From Octopus bimaculoides (taxonomy: Eukaryota), in contig NC_068993.1 in assembly GCF_001194135.2 (NCBI RefSeq), forward strand, positions 63,457,134 through 63,521,133: DNA of 64,000 bases, written 5' to 3'. Shown here one piece after another: positions 1-13,454 of the stretch (its first letter is position 1; each line of letters starts with the position of its first letter). Under the pieces are notes generated by a model that had not been told where the DNA came from, did not search any database, and saw only the letters and a program-made list of their open reading frames with translations. Both the position numbers and the translations under genes were made by a program.

Positions 1-160
1 AGGACCCAACAATAATTGACACTATCTTCACATTCTTCAATTTCCAAAGCTGGGCTATTTCATACTTAAGATGGTTGTATCTAACTATCTTTTCTCCATT
101 CTTGAGTGACTTCCAGTGATCAGTCTCAATTTGCACCTCAATGACCTTGGCTGCTTTGGT
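1..160 (-). mobile_element. Fragment of a non-LTR retrotransposon restriction-like endonuclease (RLE) C-terminus, R2/R4/NeSL type
   Basis: Minus-strand translation TKAAKVIEVQIETDHWKSLKNGEKIVRYNHLKYEIAQLWKLKNVKIVSIIVGS resembles the KE.EK..KY..L..EI..LW....V.VIPIVIGALG motif of RLE-bearing elements. It runs off the window edge and lies in a sarcoglycan intron. Recognised by eye. Confidence 0.55.
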
Positions 161-488
161 CCCTATTTTTGTCTTATTTTTGGTCCCTATTTTTGTAGAC
201 TCAGTCCCTTTAGTCTATCTATGCTGTTTTGGTTTCTATCTTGTGATCTGGGACCCTTTGGTCCTTATTTACATCTTAGTGGCCTGGGTTAGTTTGGTTC
301 CAGTTTTCCTTGTAGTGATTTGGGCCACATTGGTTCCAGTTTGCGTCTGTGACCGAAGACTCTTTGGCTCCTGTTGGTGACACTCATGGTGAACAAGATA
401 GAAACCATCAGACTTTTGACAAGTTGTCTCGTATTCCACTCTCCTCAGTCACACCATATATGGAAGCCCTGCTATGATTAGTACTCAC

Positions 489-576
489 CTATAATTAATT
501 GGTTCGTTACGGCACCAGTTTTATCTCTGGCTTCTATTGTTACATTTGCACTGGATTCCACAAACAGTGGCTTTTT
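489..576 (-). CDS. SGCD: Sarcoglycan (gamma/delta/zeta family) coding exon 3 of 3 in window, 88 nt, phase 0 to phase 1
   Basis: Acceptor tcttcttcttgcAG (AG at 578-577) and donor G|GTGAGT (GT at 488-487). Encodes KKPLFVESSANVTIEARDKTGAVTNQLIIG, matching the sarcoglycan S.RNVT.N....G.....L..G segment with its NVT sequon. In frame with the previous exon. The symbol marks the family only; the vertebrate paralogue cannot be resolved. Confidence 0.93.
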
Positions 577-1153
577 CTGCAAGAAGAAGAAGAAAATGGA
601 AATTTTGATCAGTCAGTGAGTTGTGAAAGAGTATAGCAGCAAGAATGGATGGAGTGGAAGAGGAAGAAGTGAAAGAGAATGAGTAAAGGATTTTGAGAGA
701 GAGAGAGAGATAGAGAGAGAGAATAAAAGATAAATATAAGCAATAAACCATTTGAGAGTCTGATCCTGCAACCTTTCTATTTTTAAGACAAAACGATGAG
801 AATAGATGTGTTGCATCGATTGAGATATTTTTTATAGCCTTTTAAATAATAACTTCTTAAGTGTTTTTTATGTTCTTGGAAAACTAAAACAATGTCATTT
901 ATAAGAAATTGAGATAAGACAATGGCTTGTGCTTTTATCTAATATTTTAATATTTTGGGGTTAAGACCTCCTATTCATTAAAAGGAAATCGAAGATTTGG
1001 TGTTGTAAGTTATCACTTCTGCTCTGTAATGTGTGTGTGCATGTGTGTTTGCGTATGAGTGTGTGGGTGTGTGTGCGTGTGTGTATGTTTGTGCGTGCTT
1101 GTGTGTATGTGCACGTGTGTTTGTGTGTGTTTGTGTGTGTATGTGTATGTGTG

Positions 1154-1189
<36 letters not shown>

Positions 1190-1772
1190 CAGTCTATATC
1201 ACACAATGCCACATCTAAACTATGCAACTCCTTAAGTGTTTTAATGGCTTTGTTCTTCGTTATTTTTTTTCTCTTGTAAAAGAGTTGGCTTCGTTTGCAA
1301 AGAGTTAAAAATTGGTGTTAATCATAGATTTTAGTGCATCACCATTTTCTTATCTACACGTCCAATATATTCAATCACCAAACAATTATCTGTCACTAAT
1401 TTTCTCTTTTTTCTATTTGCTTCACTACTTTTGTGTTCATTTGGGAATCTCAGATCTTGGTGAAGCTTGGCAGTTTAAATATCTTTCTTTCTTTTTTTAT
1501 AATTGCTGAGCAGAATAAACCATTTTCTATTTTGTTCTCTATCTTTTTTTAGCCAGTTATTTTGAATATGTATTTAGACAACCCAGTTCTGTTCAATGTG
1601 TCGTGTTAGGAAAGCTACAGATTACATGGAAAAATAGAGGACAAATGCAAGAGGAATATGTTCACACACTTTGAGATATATGGACACAGTTTTTTTTTTA
1701 TTTCAGATATTGATGGCTGTAAGAGAAGGTTGTGTAGAATACATTGAAACACTCAAAGAACACATAGAATAG

Positions 1773-1825
<53 letters not shown>

Positions 1826-3473
1826 GATAGCAACACACTTCATTTTAGATATTGGTCTCTCTCTTACAATATCAAACACATGAAATTGCATTGCAAAGAC
1901 CTTATACAAATCGTTTGCTGGTTCTACTCAGCTGGCTGTAACCATATTGATGTTCCACTGTCAAACATCACAAATAAAAAAGATGAAAAATATTCCTTTT
2001 GTTTTCCTGACGAAATCTTTTGATTAATCAAGGGTCAAATATTTATTTCCATTTGAGTATAAAAAAAACTGAAAGGGAGATAATCATATATTTCAATGTT
2101 AACATTTTTGTTTTCATTAAAATTCATTTTATTTCTATTTGTTTGTCTCTCCTTTCCTTCGATTTCACCTGACAGTCTTTGTGACATTGTTCTGGAAAGA
2201 TTTTACAAAAAAAAAAAAAAAACACCACGAAACTTCTGGGTCAATGAAGTTCAGCTTTGATCAAACAGATTGAGAACCAAATGTGTCAGGGTTATAACTG
2301 ACACATGTTCTTTTTGGAGATAACGTACCTAGGGCTATATTATCCAATGCGTTCTTTCTTAAAAAATTCTTAGATGTGATTCAAAGGACATTTGACTGCA
2401 ATTGATAGTAAGTCAGTTGACCACATGGAGGCCAGACATCCAACCATAGAAACTATACTAAAACAGAAAATGGAGCATGTTGCAGTCCTTGGGCAGAGTG
2501 GGTTTTGTCAGCCCATGCAACACATGCTCACATGGAACATGGATGCTAAGTGATGATGATGAGAATGACGACAATGATGTGTGTGTGTGTGTGTGTATGT
2601 ACAGCGCAGCATCCTTTATAGTGTGGATGTCATGAAAGATGCCTCCAACAGGGTCTGCAAGAGCGATTGGTGTTGGGAAGGGCATCTGGCTGTAGAAATG
2701 CTGTCCAAACTAAAACCAATCATTTTTTAGTTTTGTACAGTTTGTGAAATAATTGTCATTGATAGGATACTGTAGTTTCAATTAACACAATATTCTTCCT
2801 TACAAAATTTCCTGTTGTGGTACCTCCTCAAAGATGTTGTTGGAGTGAAGGATTCTTTTTTCAAGAAAAGTGACGAATTAGAAAAAGTGAAATTAAAAAA
2901 CCAAAAATAAAATGAAATAATGCAAAAAAATAAATAATAAGTAAATAAATAGAATAATGTAAAAGAATTAACAAAAATTACACATCTGGTTCCATTTTTG
3001 TGTAAATAGAACTGCATTCATTTCTGTGGAAATATCTTAGATTTACCAATTTGACAACTTTGGAAAATTGCCATGTACATCCTTGCTTATAGCATTTAAA
3101 TATTACAATATAATTACTTGCAGACATTTGCAAACCAATCATAGGAACTAACTCTTGTCTTAGACTCATAACAGAGTCTGAAGAATCTTTTTATGTCTCT
3201 TATCAGTTTTGATTTTGTGGTTTTCTCTACTTCACTTTTTTATTTGACTCTGGAGTATTTCCTGCCTGTAAATAATTACATCATTTGTTGATAAAACCCA
3301 CACAATTGATTCATTAAGTCCAAGTATATGACTGGTATTTTATAAATATCTTGGAGCTGTCAGTTGCATGCTAGTGTTTTCTGTGACATGATTTGTATTT
3401 TAATCTAAAAGAATAATATTAACTCTTTAGCATTCAGGTTTCTCTCTCAAATTTAATTTTTTTTTATTCCCAT

Positions 3474-3770
3474 TCATCGTCATCATTTAACGGTCGTTTT
3501 CCATGCTGGCATGGGTTGGACGGTTCGACTGGGGTCTGGAAAGCCAGGAGGCTGCACCAGTCTGATCTGGCAGTGTTTCTACAGCTCAACGCCCTTCCTA
3601 ATGCCAACCACTCCAAGAGTGTAGTGGGTGCTTTTTATGTGCCACAGGCACAGGGGTCACTGGAGGCTGGCAATGACCACGATCAGTTGGTGCTTTGTAT
3701 GTGCACCAGCACAGAAGGCAATCAAGGCAGCGCTGGCATCGACCCCGTTCGGATGGTGCTATCATGCATT
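3474..3770 (-). mobile_element. RTE-type LINE 3' UTR/tail copy, 5'-truncated
   Basis: Reverse complement of the ...gggcatccagctgtagaaac...ccaacccatgctagcatggaaa...ttaaa(gat)n tail also seen at 62322-62768 and 6425-6762. Confidence 0.8.
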
Positions 3771-4368
3771 TATCTCATAACTTCATGACTTCAATAATGT
3801 GATTGTTTACATTTAGAATGACATTGTAGGCTTGGTGTGAGAAGCTGGATCTGGCTAGTTTGAAGATAAAACAAGTAGAATATTTGGACCGGATAAAGCA
3901 GGTTTAAATGTTAAGGGGTGAAAAGTGTTGTTTGTTATTAAAGATTATTTTTGTGCTCACTGCATTACGATGTAAGGGACTTGCTGTTCTCTGGAGAGAG
4001 TTATGATGGTCTTATATTGGTACCCTGGAACCTCAGATAGATTATGGCAATGGCAGTGACTCTCAATCACTTAAACCTTTGTCATGAACTGGACGTGGAA
4101 TAAAATGTTACTGGAACATTTTGCCTGCAACTATAAAATAAAACATTATTTCACTAGTTTGGGGACCAAAAAAGAACAACGCTGCCCCTCCCCTTTCTCT
4201 CTCTCCCTCCCCAGACATGGGGCAATAGTCTGAAATGTTAGATCCTTCACCTCTCATGGCAACTGAACTTATTGAACTCTGGAATGTGGGTGTAAATAAA
4301 ATGAAACAGTTTATTTGCGTACTTTCTCAACCTAAACTGCAGTAAATTGAATTAAGCATCAGTGTGAG

Positions 4369-4438
<70 letters not shown>

Positions 4439-4804
4439 AACACATACACTCTATAAAATCCAGATAGTGTTTATTAAATTAAAGAAACTCTGACTGTCTG
4501 GGCCTGTTTGACATCAATAACAGTCAGCATTGCCAAAGCCCTAGATTAGAAAGTAGGCCAGTCATTCCGGGTCGCAGAATGGGTGTGGTGATGTGTTATT
4601 CTCTGTATTTTATTTCTTTTTCTTTGTGCATGTCTAAGTGGTTTGTCTTTTAACAGATTTGAAGAATTTGATGTTGAGAAATTGCAAAAGAGAAAATGGG
4701 ACGACAAGAAAAGTCAGTTAAAAAATATGTTTATGCATGTATCTCATGTTAGCTTTAGTGGATATTTAGGACACACATACACACACACATATACACACAT
4801 ATAT

Positions 4805-4896
<92 letters not shown>

Positions 4897-4968
4897 TACT
4901 TGACACATATGGAAAAAATATATTTATTTATGTTCATATTTATCCCAATGAAAGAACACAGAATCTAG

Positions 4969-5123
4969 CAGTGGTTCTTGAATTTATGGCACACTAAAGA
5001 TCAAACAGAAAATTGCTGACACACTTTACATTGAAAGTTAAAAGTATAATAGAAAACTTTTGCATAATTTGTTTCATAAATCATTCTTTTATTTATGAAT
5101 AACATGTTTTCAAGAACCACCAG
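4969..5123. mobile_element. Small hAT/Charlie-like MITE
   Basis: Terminal inverted repeats cagtggttcttgaa (4969) and ttcaagaaccac-cag (to 5123) around an AT-rich, non-coding interior. Confidence 0.55.
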
Positions 5124-5289
5124 CTTCGGTATGAATTTGCTATGGCCTGAAATTGTTTTCAGAAACTTCACCCAGCGCCAATGATACGTGACAAACCAGT
5201 GAGGTCAGAACACCACTGCAACGTCTCAACTCTGAGATAAGATTTAACTCTACAACTTTTCATAGTTAAATACAGGCTTAGGGTTTATA

Positions 5290-5455
5290 CAACAGGCTTC
5301 TTTCAGTTTCTGTCTACCAATTCCACTCACAAGGTTTTGGTTGGCCTGAAGCTATTGTAAAAGACACTTGCCCAAAAGTGCCATGCAATGGGACTGAACC
5401 TAGAACCATATGGTTGGGAAGAAAGCTTCTTATCACACAGCTACATCTGTGCATC
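5290..5455 (-). mobile_element. tRNA-headed SINE family A, 5' half
   Basis: Reverse complement of the head/body ...ggttcagtcccactg...gcacc ttgggcaagtgtctt...gagtgga(a)ttggtagacagaaactgaaagaagcc shared with about ten other copies. Confidence 0.75.
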
Positions 5456-6194
5456 ATCATCATTGCCACCACTGCACAGGTGCCATTTACATGACACCAG
5501 TGTCTGCCACAACTACAATTTCACTTGGCTTGATAGGCTTGATAGGTTTTCTTCTCAAGCACGACATAATGCCAAGCGTCTCGGTCATTGCCTCCAAGAG
5601 GCCTAACACTCGAAAGGAGCTTTTCATGTGCCTCCAGTATCAGCCACTTTGCCTCTCTGAGATCCAACACTCACAAGGTGCTTTTTACGTGCTCCCGGAC
5701 CAGGCAATGCATTGTGTTCTTGAGCAAAACACTTCCTTTCACATTGCTTCAGTCCACTCAGTTGGTAGAGATGAGTTAATCCTATGATAGACCAGCGTCC
5801 CATCCATGGAAGAATGTATATGTCAGAGAAGTCATCTTTATGTTCTTTACAGAGTAATCTAACCAGTTAATGAGTAAAAGGGATTATCATATTTGAGAGT
5901 AGAAACCGGTAACTAGAAGGAGAATACAAAGAATCAAGTGTATATCTTGCCTTAATAGATATACACAAATACAGAAGTATGGCTGCAAAGAAAATGAAGA
6001 AGAATTTCCTTTGAACATTTGGACATAGAGAGTTCGTTATCTTGATTTCAAAGAAGCAATAATTAACATAGCAAAATGTAAATAGAGGGACTTATTTTGA
6101 CACCTTTATTTCCAAAAGATAACTGATAAAAAAAGAAAACATAAGACAAAGACAGACTCACATGGGAATACATATAAAATTCAAATATACTTAC

Positions 6195-6296
6195 TGGCAA
6201 AGAATTTATTTTTGATGTGTACAATGTTTTTGTAAATTCTGTTCTACCATCTACTCGGATACCCTTGTCTAAGATTCTGAGCTTTCCCATTCCACC
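6195..6296 (-). CDS. SGCD: Sarcoglycan coding exon 2 of 3 in window, 102 nt, phase 0 to phase 0
   Basis: Acceptor ctttatttcatttttcAG (AG at 6298-6297) and donor CCA|GTAAGT (GT at 6194-6193). Encodes GGMGKLRILDKGIRVDGRTEFTKTLYTSKINSLP, matching the vertebrate GMGNLR.T.KG..LEG.SEF..PLY.KEI.SR segment. Confidence 0.95.
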
Positions 6297-6385
6297 CTGA
6301 AAAATGAAATAAAGAAAGATATTAATAAAGAAGACAATATAAATGTATTTCTGATAATTTACCCCTTAAAAATGTGCATGTCTGT

Positions 6386-6422
<37 letters not shown>

Positions 6423-6424
6423 GC

Positions 6425-6757
6425 CTTCCTGGCACTTGTGCCAGTGATATGTGAAAAGATATTTGAGCGAGTTCATTGCCAGTGCCACTGAACTGGCTCC
6501 TGTGCAGGTGGCACATAAAATACACTATTTTGAGTGTGGCCGTTGCCAGTACCCCCTGACTGGCTTGCATGCCGGTGACACGTAAAAGCACCCACTACAC
6601 TCTCGGAGTGGTTGGCGTTAGGAAGGGCATCCAGCTGTAGAAACTCTGCCAGATCAGATTGGAGCCTGGTGTAGCCATCTGGTTCACCAGTCCTCGGTCA
6701 AATCGTCCAACCCATGCTAGCATGGAAAGTAGACGTTAAACAACGACGATGATGATG

Positions 6758-6762
<5 letters not shown>
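6425..6762 (+). mobile_element. RTE-type LINE 3' UTR/tail copy ending in (GAT)n, about 130 nt from the exon acceptor
   Basis: High similarity to 62457-62768, including ...aggaagggcatccagctgtagaaactctgcc...ccaacccatgctagcatggaaag...gatgatgatg. Confidence 0.85.
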
Positions 6763-6798
<36 letters not shown>

Positions 6799-7423
6799 AT
6801 GTAAGATCCAGGGATCGAGGTGTAGGAAGAAAGTTAGCTTTGAGCAATTCATAGTAAATATAAAGAAAAAAATAACAAAATACAGCCTTTAGGAACAATG
6901 GTGGTTTATTAAGGAGGAAGGTTGCAGATTTTTTCTTTATTGAAGAATGATGAGCTGGAAAAAAGTTCTTTTTATATTCCACAGAAGACAACCAGGATTG
7001 CTGAGTGTGCGAATAAGAATACGAGAGTTACGGAATGGAGTAGGAAAACTCTGGGCTATATAAGTTTCACAGCAAGCTGGACCTCAGAAATGGTAAAATC
7101 CAAGGTGAGGTTGGTGGTGATGGACAATAGAAAAAAAGATGAAGGTAGTGGCAGTGATGTTGGTCAGCAACTCCTTCATATTTCTCTGCATTCTATTGAT
7201 GAGGCAACATTCCCGAACATTTAAACCTTTTCAATTCCTCTCAATAAACAAACTTCATTGAACATCCTTGTTTTTCTTCTTTCTTCCTTTCTATTTCATT
7301 CTCCCTCCCCCCTTCTCTCTCTCCAGAATATTTTCCTTTCATTTTCTTTTCTCTTTCTTTCTCCTCTGTATCATCCACTGTATTTTCTCAACCAATTCAA
7401 GATACTATAATAGGACAGCTGGG

Positions 7424-7454
<31 letters not shown>

Positions 7455-8104
7455 NNNNNNNNNNNNNNNNNNNNNNNNNNNNNNNNNNNNNNNNNNNNNN
7501 NNNNNNNNNNNNNNNNNNNNNNNNNNNNNNNNNNNNNNNNNNNNNNNNNNNNNNNNNNNNNNNNNNNNNNNNNNNNNNNNNNNNNNNNNNNNNNNNNNNN
7601 NNNNNNNNNNNNNNNNNNNNNNNNNNNNNNNNNNNNNNNNNNNNNNNNNNNNNNNNNNNNNNNNNNNNNNNNNNNNNNNNNNNNNNNNNNNNNNNNNNNN
7701 NNNNNNNNNNNNNNNNNNNNNNNNNNNNNNNNNNNNNNNNNNNNNNNNNNNNNNNNNNNNNNNNNNNNNNNNNNNNNNNNNNNNNNNNNNNNNNNNNNNN
7801 NNNNNNNNNNNNNNNNNNNNNNNNNNNNNNNNNNNNNNNNNNNNNNNNNNNNNNNNNNNNNNNNNNNNNNNNNNNNNNNNNNNNNNNNNNNNNNNNNNNN
7901 NNNNNNNNNAACAACCCCCGCTCCAGTATTTATTGTATTTTTGGGATAGTATTCTTTGTTAATATTTTTTAAATGCAGATCAGAATTCTTTGTTGAGAAT
8001 AATTAAATCAGTTTTACTGCATCTGAGTGACACACGGACACTCCGACCCCCCTCCCCGTAGATTCAAACACACAGGCACAGAACCAAGGTTGGCATCAGG
8101 AGGA

Positions 8105-8144
<40 letters not shown>

Positions 8145-11100
8145 TTAAGAACATCATCCATAGAGACTGGGCTGATGCAGGAGTCCCAGTATGGTTTTTC
8201 AGACTGCTAGTAATAATAGCCAAGTCTTCCCTGCAAATCACACCCTTCTGTGTTTATAAGGGATAAGGAAATCTGAGGGTTCACTAAAGTCAGAAAAAAA
8301 AAAAGGGAGCCTGGATGGTAATTGCTAGAAGGTCTTTGATCATAGTTTTGCTCAATCAGAGCTAGCCTAGGGTTAAACAACAGCATTGTCCTCAACATCA
8401 ATCAACTGTATTCTATGAAACATGCCAGCAGATGAGAAATGGATGAACTTTCTAGATATAAACTTTTCCTTTTTTTCTTTTTCTCCTTATCTTTTAATCT
8501 TTTCAGTTTTCGGCCCCAGGGTTTAGCTGCTACTTTATTTCATTGACTCTAAAAGAATGAAAGCAAAACTGACCCCAGTGGGATTTGAACTGAGAATGTG
8601 AAGAGTTGGAACAAACACTGCAAAGCATCTTTTCACCAATTCTACTGATTCTGCCAGTAGCATTATCACAGAACTACAGAGAATCAAAGATGTGAACAAA
8701 CTTTGGATTATAAGGGTATCTGATTTACCATTCTTTGGTGGAAACTATCACATATTGTTGGTGTGGCATCATATAACCGAGTGTTTCTTCAAAGTATCCA
8801 ACACACCAAAACACAATCCTTCATTTCAATCTTTTTTGCACTCTCTTTCATTAAATCAGATCATTAATGCCTCCAATTAGGATGGTTTATCAAAAGACCA
8901 AACGGGTCAGGAGCTGGGTTGCCATTAACCAACATGAAACAAGCAGTTAATTGGTGCTTATCGCATCTGATGACAAACAGCTGTCAGATTCCATGGAACT
9001 TCTTAAACTTTTGAAGTAACCTAATAAGACAGCTGCCGGTTTGTCAAAAAAAAAAAAAAAAAAAAAAAGTCCTGGCTCCATTACAGACAGAGGAAACCCC
9101 TACCAAACCTGGCACTGGTCCTGGCATCAAGCAAGACACCCGTATCAGACACCAGCATCAGGCATCCTTCACAAGAAAAAGAAATGGGAAGGAAATAAAC
9201 AAACCCCACCCGGAGTCGGGTGGAAGCAGGAAACTGGGTGGGGGGTGGCCGAGAGGGAAGTTATTTGGCACCACCAATCCATATTAATATGAAAATACAA
9301 GACTCATTTGTGCTTTCCATTTTTCTAAAGTAAGCAGGTGCAAAGAATTACTGATACCATTCTCTCATTTCCAAAATGTCTGCAAAGAAATAAATATTCT
9401 TCGATGTTTATGGCACAATTTACTTTATTACTTATTTATATATTTTTTTGTTTAATTTTTTTAAAAATCTTCTTTGTTTATATTATTTCTCTCTTCTTTT
9501 TCATTTCTTTATTTGGTTGTTTTTCTCATTTCTTTTTATCTTTTACTTCTTTTCTTGTTTTACACACACACACCTCTATGTGTATGAATGGGTTAAGTAA
9601 CCATTAAGTAAGTAGGATTTCTACTCTATAGTTTATTAAAGCTGGTATTAAGTAAATAGGGCAGAAAAATGAGTGCATTTAACACCCTGTGCTACTGAGT
9701 AACATGGCACACACACACACACACACACACACGGTCACCTTGTACAACATAATAATGTCCGTCCGTTGAGTTTCTTGGGTTTTAGGTCTTGGTGAGTAAC
9801 TTGTAATGAATAGTGTCTGTGGTGCAACTAGTATTGAAGACTGCAAACAGGTTTTGAATGATACTTCTTACTCTGTCTCTTTACTATAAATTGTAGAAAA
9901 ATTGGCAAATATTCCATTCGTGTCAGATACGAAGATGGAAACAGCAGAAAATTTATCAAAAATACATGAAACAAGTAGAACTGTCAGAAGGAAGCCCATC
10001 ACATATTTATAAAAATAGAACAAAAACGCAATAGAGGACATTAAAACATTTGGACAGGCAGACAATACAAAAGCAGACGAGAGAAACAACAATTAGAAGG
10101 ACAGGTGAAAAAAGGCGGGTCATTTGTGGCCTTCTTTCATCAGTCAAGTCCCAGAAGTCACGACCATTTCGGACAGTTACACTTGAGATGGTTCAATCTG
10201 GTTGTCCCCCAAAAAAGTCTAAGCTAAGAGCTTTAGACCCCTTTGTAAGAAATCTAACGAATGTGTACAGCTACAAAAACAAAAACAAACAAACAAACAA
10301 AACGGAAAACATGGTACAGAATTACGAATACAAGGAACAAGAAATAACAACAGGCGTCTTTGGGCTGAGAATGAATCGAATTGAGTTGGTGTGTGGATGA
10401 AGTGAAAGCCTAAAGGCAGGGACATAGGAGATGGACATAAGAGTTGTTGGCGGTCAGCAGTCAGGCCAAGAAAGAAAGATCATGGCTGGCCAGACACCGG
10501 TCATGTGGAAAGAGGAGAAATGGGTAGGGGGCCAACGGGATTGAAGGATTAGATGTGTGTGTTGCTGTTTCTTCTGTATTGACATCATGTGGTGGTTCTA
10601 AATGAGCACCATTTTCATGCAATTGGTGTCCTTCATGGAAACATGTCTGATCATGGGGAGTATTACTTAAGTTGGAAACAGGTGAGGGTTGGTAACAGGA
10701 AGAGTATCTAGCCGTGAAGAATCCACCTCAGCCAATCTCCTCTGACCCATGCCAGCATAGAAATGTGTATGTTATACAGAGATGATGATGAGGTCCTTAG
10801 AAAAGTGTGCAGTGTTTGAAGTAATTGCTTATATTAAAGACAAAATAGATGTGACAAGAACATCTCTCATCATTGGTCTGCTTGACCAGAACTGACCTTT
10901 GGCTAAACAATGGTAATGAGAACTATTACTTATAGAATAATGAGAAATAATATCAGACATTGTGGAATGTCTAACTCATGACGTAGAGAGAAATAAGTAA
11001 GTGAATACTGCAAACTGGTTTGCTCAGTGTGTTTGGGTTTGTGCCAGACAACTGGCTTGATTCCTAGCAGAGATTATATGGCTGCTAACAGTCTATTATA

Positions 11101-11986
11101 TCGACCCAGTTCTTACTGGTACTCATTTGATCAACTCTGGAATGATGAATGACAAATTTGAGTGGAAACCGAAACCAAAATGTAAACGAACACAAGTAAG
11201 TACTGCATGGCATATGGCGATGTGGTGCTCTACCAATTATGTCATCCATTGCCCTTAGTCTGCATCTAATAATATTAGCAGTGTTAAAGTAGCTTTGTTT
11301 TGAAATACGATGCATGTAGATGATAATATTAGCCATGGAAGTGGTTTTTGTTATGAAATCTGATAGAACTTGGATAACACAATCATAGAATGTTGTGATC
11401 TGTAAAAAACACAAGGACTGAAGTCCAATGCAACCAAGAAGAAAGAAAAAACATCTGGATTCAGAATCAGAGACATGAGACTTTTCTTTATCTGGGTTTG
11501 TATTCCTTTGTTCACTTACAGAAATACTAAACTGACTGATTTAGTAACTCTTAACTACTTATTTATTATTGATCTATCATAACTAACATATGAATAGTAT
11601 AATGTATTTTGCCAATCACTTTTAAATTGGAAGTTAAATTATTGATACAAGGAGACAACTCCTAAACACACACACACACACACTTACATATTACCTTGCT
11701 TTACAAAAGTGTTACATTCCAGAAAATTTTAGCGTAATATGAAATTTCACAACTATTTCTCCATCGACTTCCATTTCACATAAAATGGAAGTGAAACAGA
11801 AGAGAGATTTTGCATTACAGAATTTCACATTATGGCAAGATTTACAGGAATGTAACACTTTTGTAACACAAGGAACATCTGCATGCATGCATGAGTGCAC
11901 ATGCATGCATGAGTGCACATGCATGCATGTGTGTGTTTTTTTATCTTTTCTTTTAGTTGTTTAATCCATTGGACTCTGGCCAAGCT

Positions 11987-12029
<43 letters not shown>

Positions 12030-12689
12030 ATAGATAATGTCCTGTTAGTTGCATTTGTATTTGTGTACCATTTCCCCATTTTTTTTTTCCATTACTTATT
12101 TCTGTAATTAGTTAAATGGATACTGATAAAATAATTAGCAGTTTGAGCTAAGACCTGGAGTTGATATGATTGATTAAACTCTAGAAGTGGATGGTTCATT
12201 GACTGAAACGAATAAATGGATAAAAGACTAAATACACCAAAATCATTAGTCGAGTAATCTTCCCCCTGCCCCTACCCCATCAAACTCTCCACACCTTCCA
12301 TTGACTAACAAATAAAAAAGGACTGAATCTCTTTTTATTTTTATTTTCTGCAATAATTTTGTTCTTTTTCTTTCTTTTAAAAATATACACTTCTCAGCTG
12401 AAGTGCCAATTGTGAAGAACTCACAGAATCAGCTGTTTTGGAAATTCAACTTTGGCAGAATGCCATAACTACAGTTAATGCTTTTTATACAGGGGAGAAA
12501 AGAAAACCTAAGCTTTTCATTTCTAGTAAAGTGCACTCTCTCGTTATCCCCACCTTTCCCCCCTCTCTCTCTATCCCCCTCCTCCCTCTTTCTCTCTCTC
12601 ACATCGCATATCCCTCTCCATCTCCCCACCCAATCTATTTTATTAAAGGTAAACGTTTGGATTAAATGTTGTAGATGAGTTATTCCTAA

Positions 12690-12830
12690 CACGATTGTAA
12701 TTTTTCAGTCTGTTAACCTCACAAAACTCTTCCATGTTTTGGTTGGAATCGGATTCCTGATGAGGATCAAAAATGAAACCAATGGTAAAGTTGTTTCGTT
12801 GTAAATATTAACACATTTTTCATTTCTAAA
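12690..12830 (+). mobile_element. Possible Penelope-like pseudo-LTR remnant with degenerate CTGATGAG...GAAAC motif
   Basis: Contains cctgatgag-gatcaaaaat-gaaacc-aat-ggta. Stems I and II pair poorly. Confidence 0.3.
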
Positions 12831-13454
12831 GATGTGTTTAGTATTGCTTTAGAGAAAGGAGATTTATCTTCAGAGTTTCTCATATTTCACAAGTGATTTG
12901 GGATAAAATATTAGTTTTGGCATGATTTGTACCACATGTTTCCAGTTAATGCAACTACTCTTACTTTAATCATACTTTTCCTTTTGCTATCAAATTGGTT
13001 CTTGCATAAGCAACCTGTCAATTTAGTTAGGATTTTAACCACTGGAACACAAACACACACAATACATACATACATCATCATTTAATAACTACCTTCCATG
13101 CTGGCATGAGCTGGATGGTTATGTATATATATCGAAAGGAGTAGAAGATTGAGCAGGTAAAAATGTACTACATATGTTTCTAAGGGAAACTGAATAGAAG
13201 TTATGTAACTTTAAAGCATTACATATATGCTGAGCTTCTCATTTCTTCAGGTTCTTTTACCTGTTATTTACTGGTTCATTGTTGAAAAGAGCTTTGAACC
13301 AGAACCAAAAGTGCTCAGATGGCTACAGACTCTTGTCTGAGGATGAGAAGTGGAACAACTTTGCATTGGTTCTCTGTGTATTTGATGAGGATTGAATCCA
13401 CTATTGCAAACTAATGAAAAACTTGTTAATTAATTAATTATACTAGTATTTATT

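Noticed and set aside
141-380. Hydrophobic 79-aa plus-strand ORF that looks like a membrane protein
   Set aside because: It is the antisense reading of a degenerate tandem repeat inside the sarcoglycan intron.
521-751. 76-aa minus-strand ORF overlapping the 88-nt exon
   Set aside because: Wrong frame; the real exon reads KKPLFVESSANVT... between canonical splice sites.
6063-6194. C-terminal extensions of ORFs 6063-6290 and 22342-22548
   Set aside because: Read-through into introns past strong GTAAGT donors; sarcoglycan similarity stops exactly at the donors.
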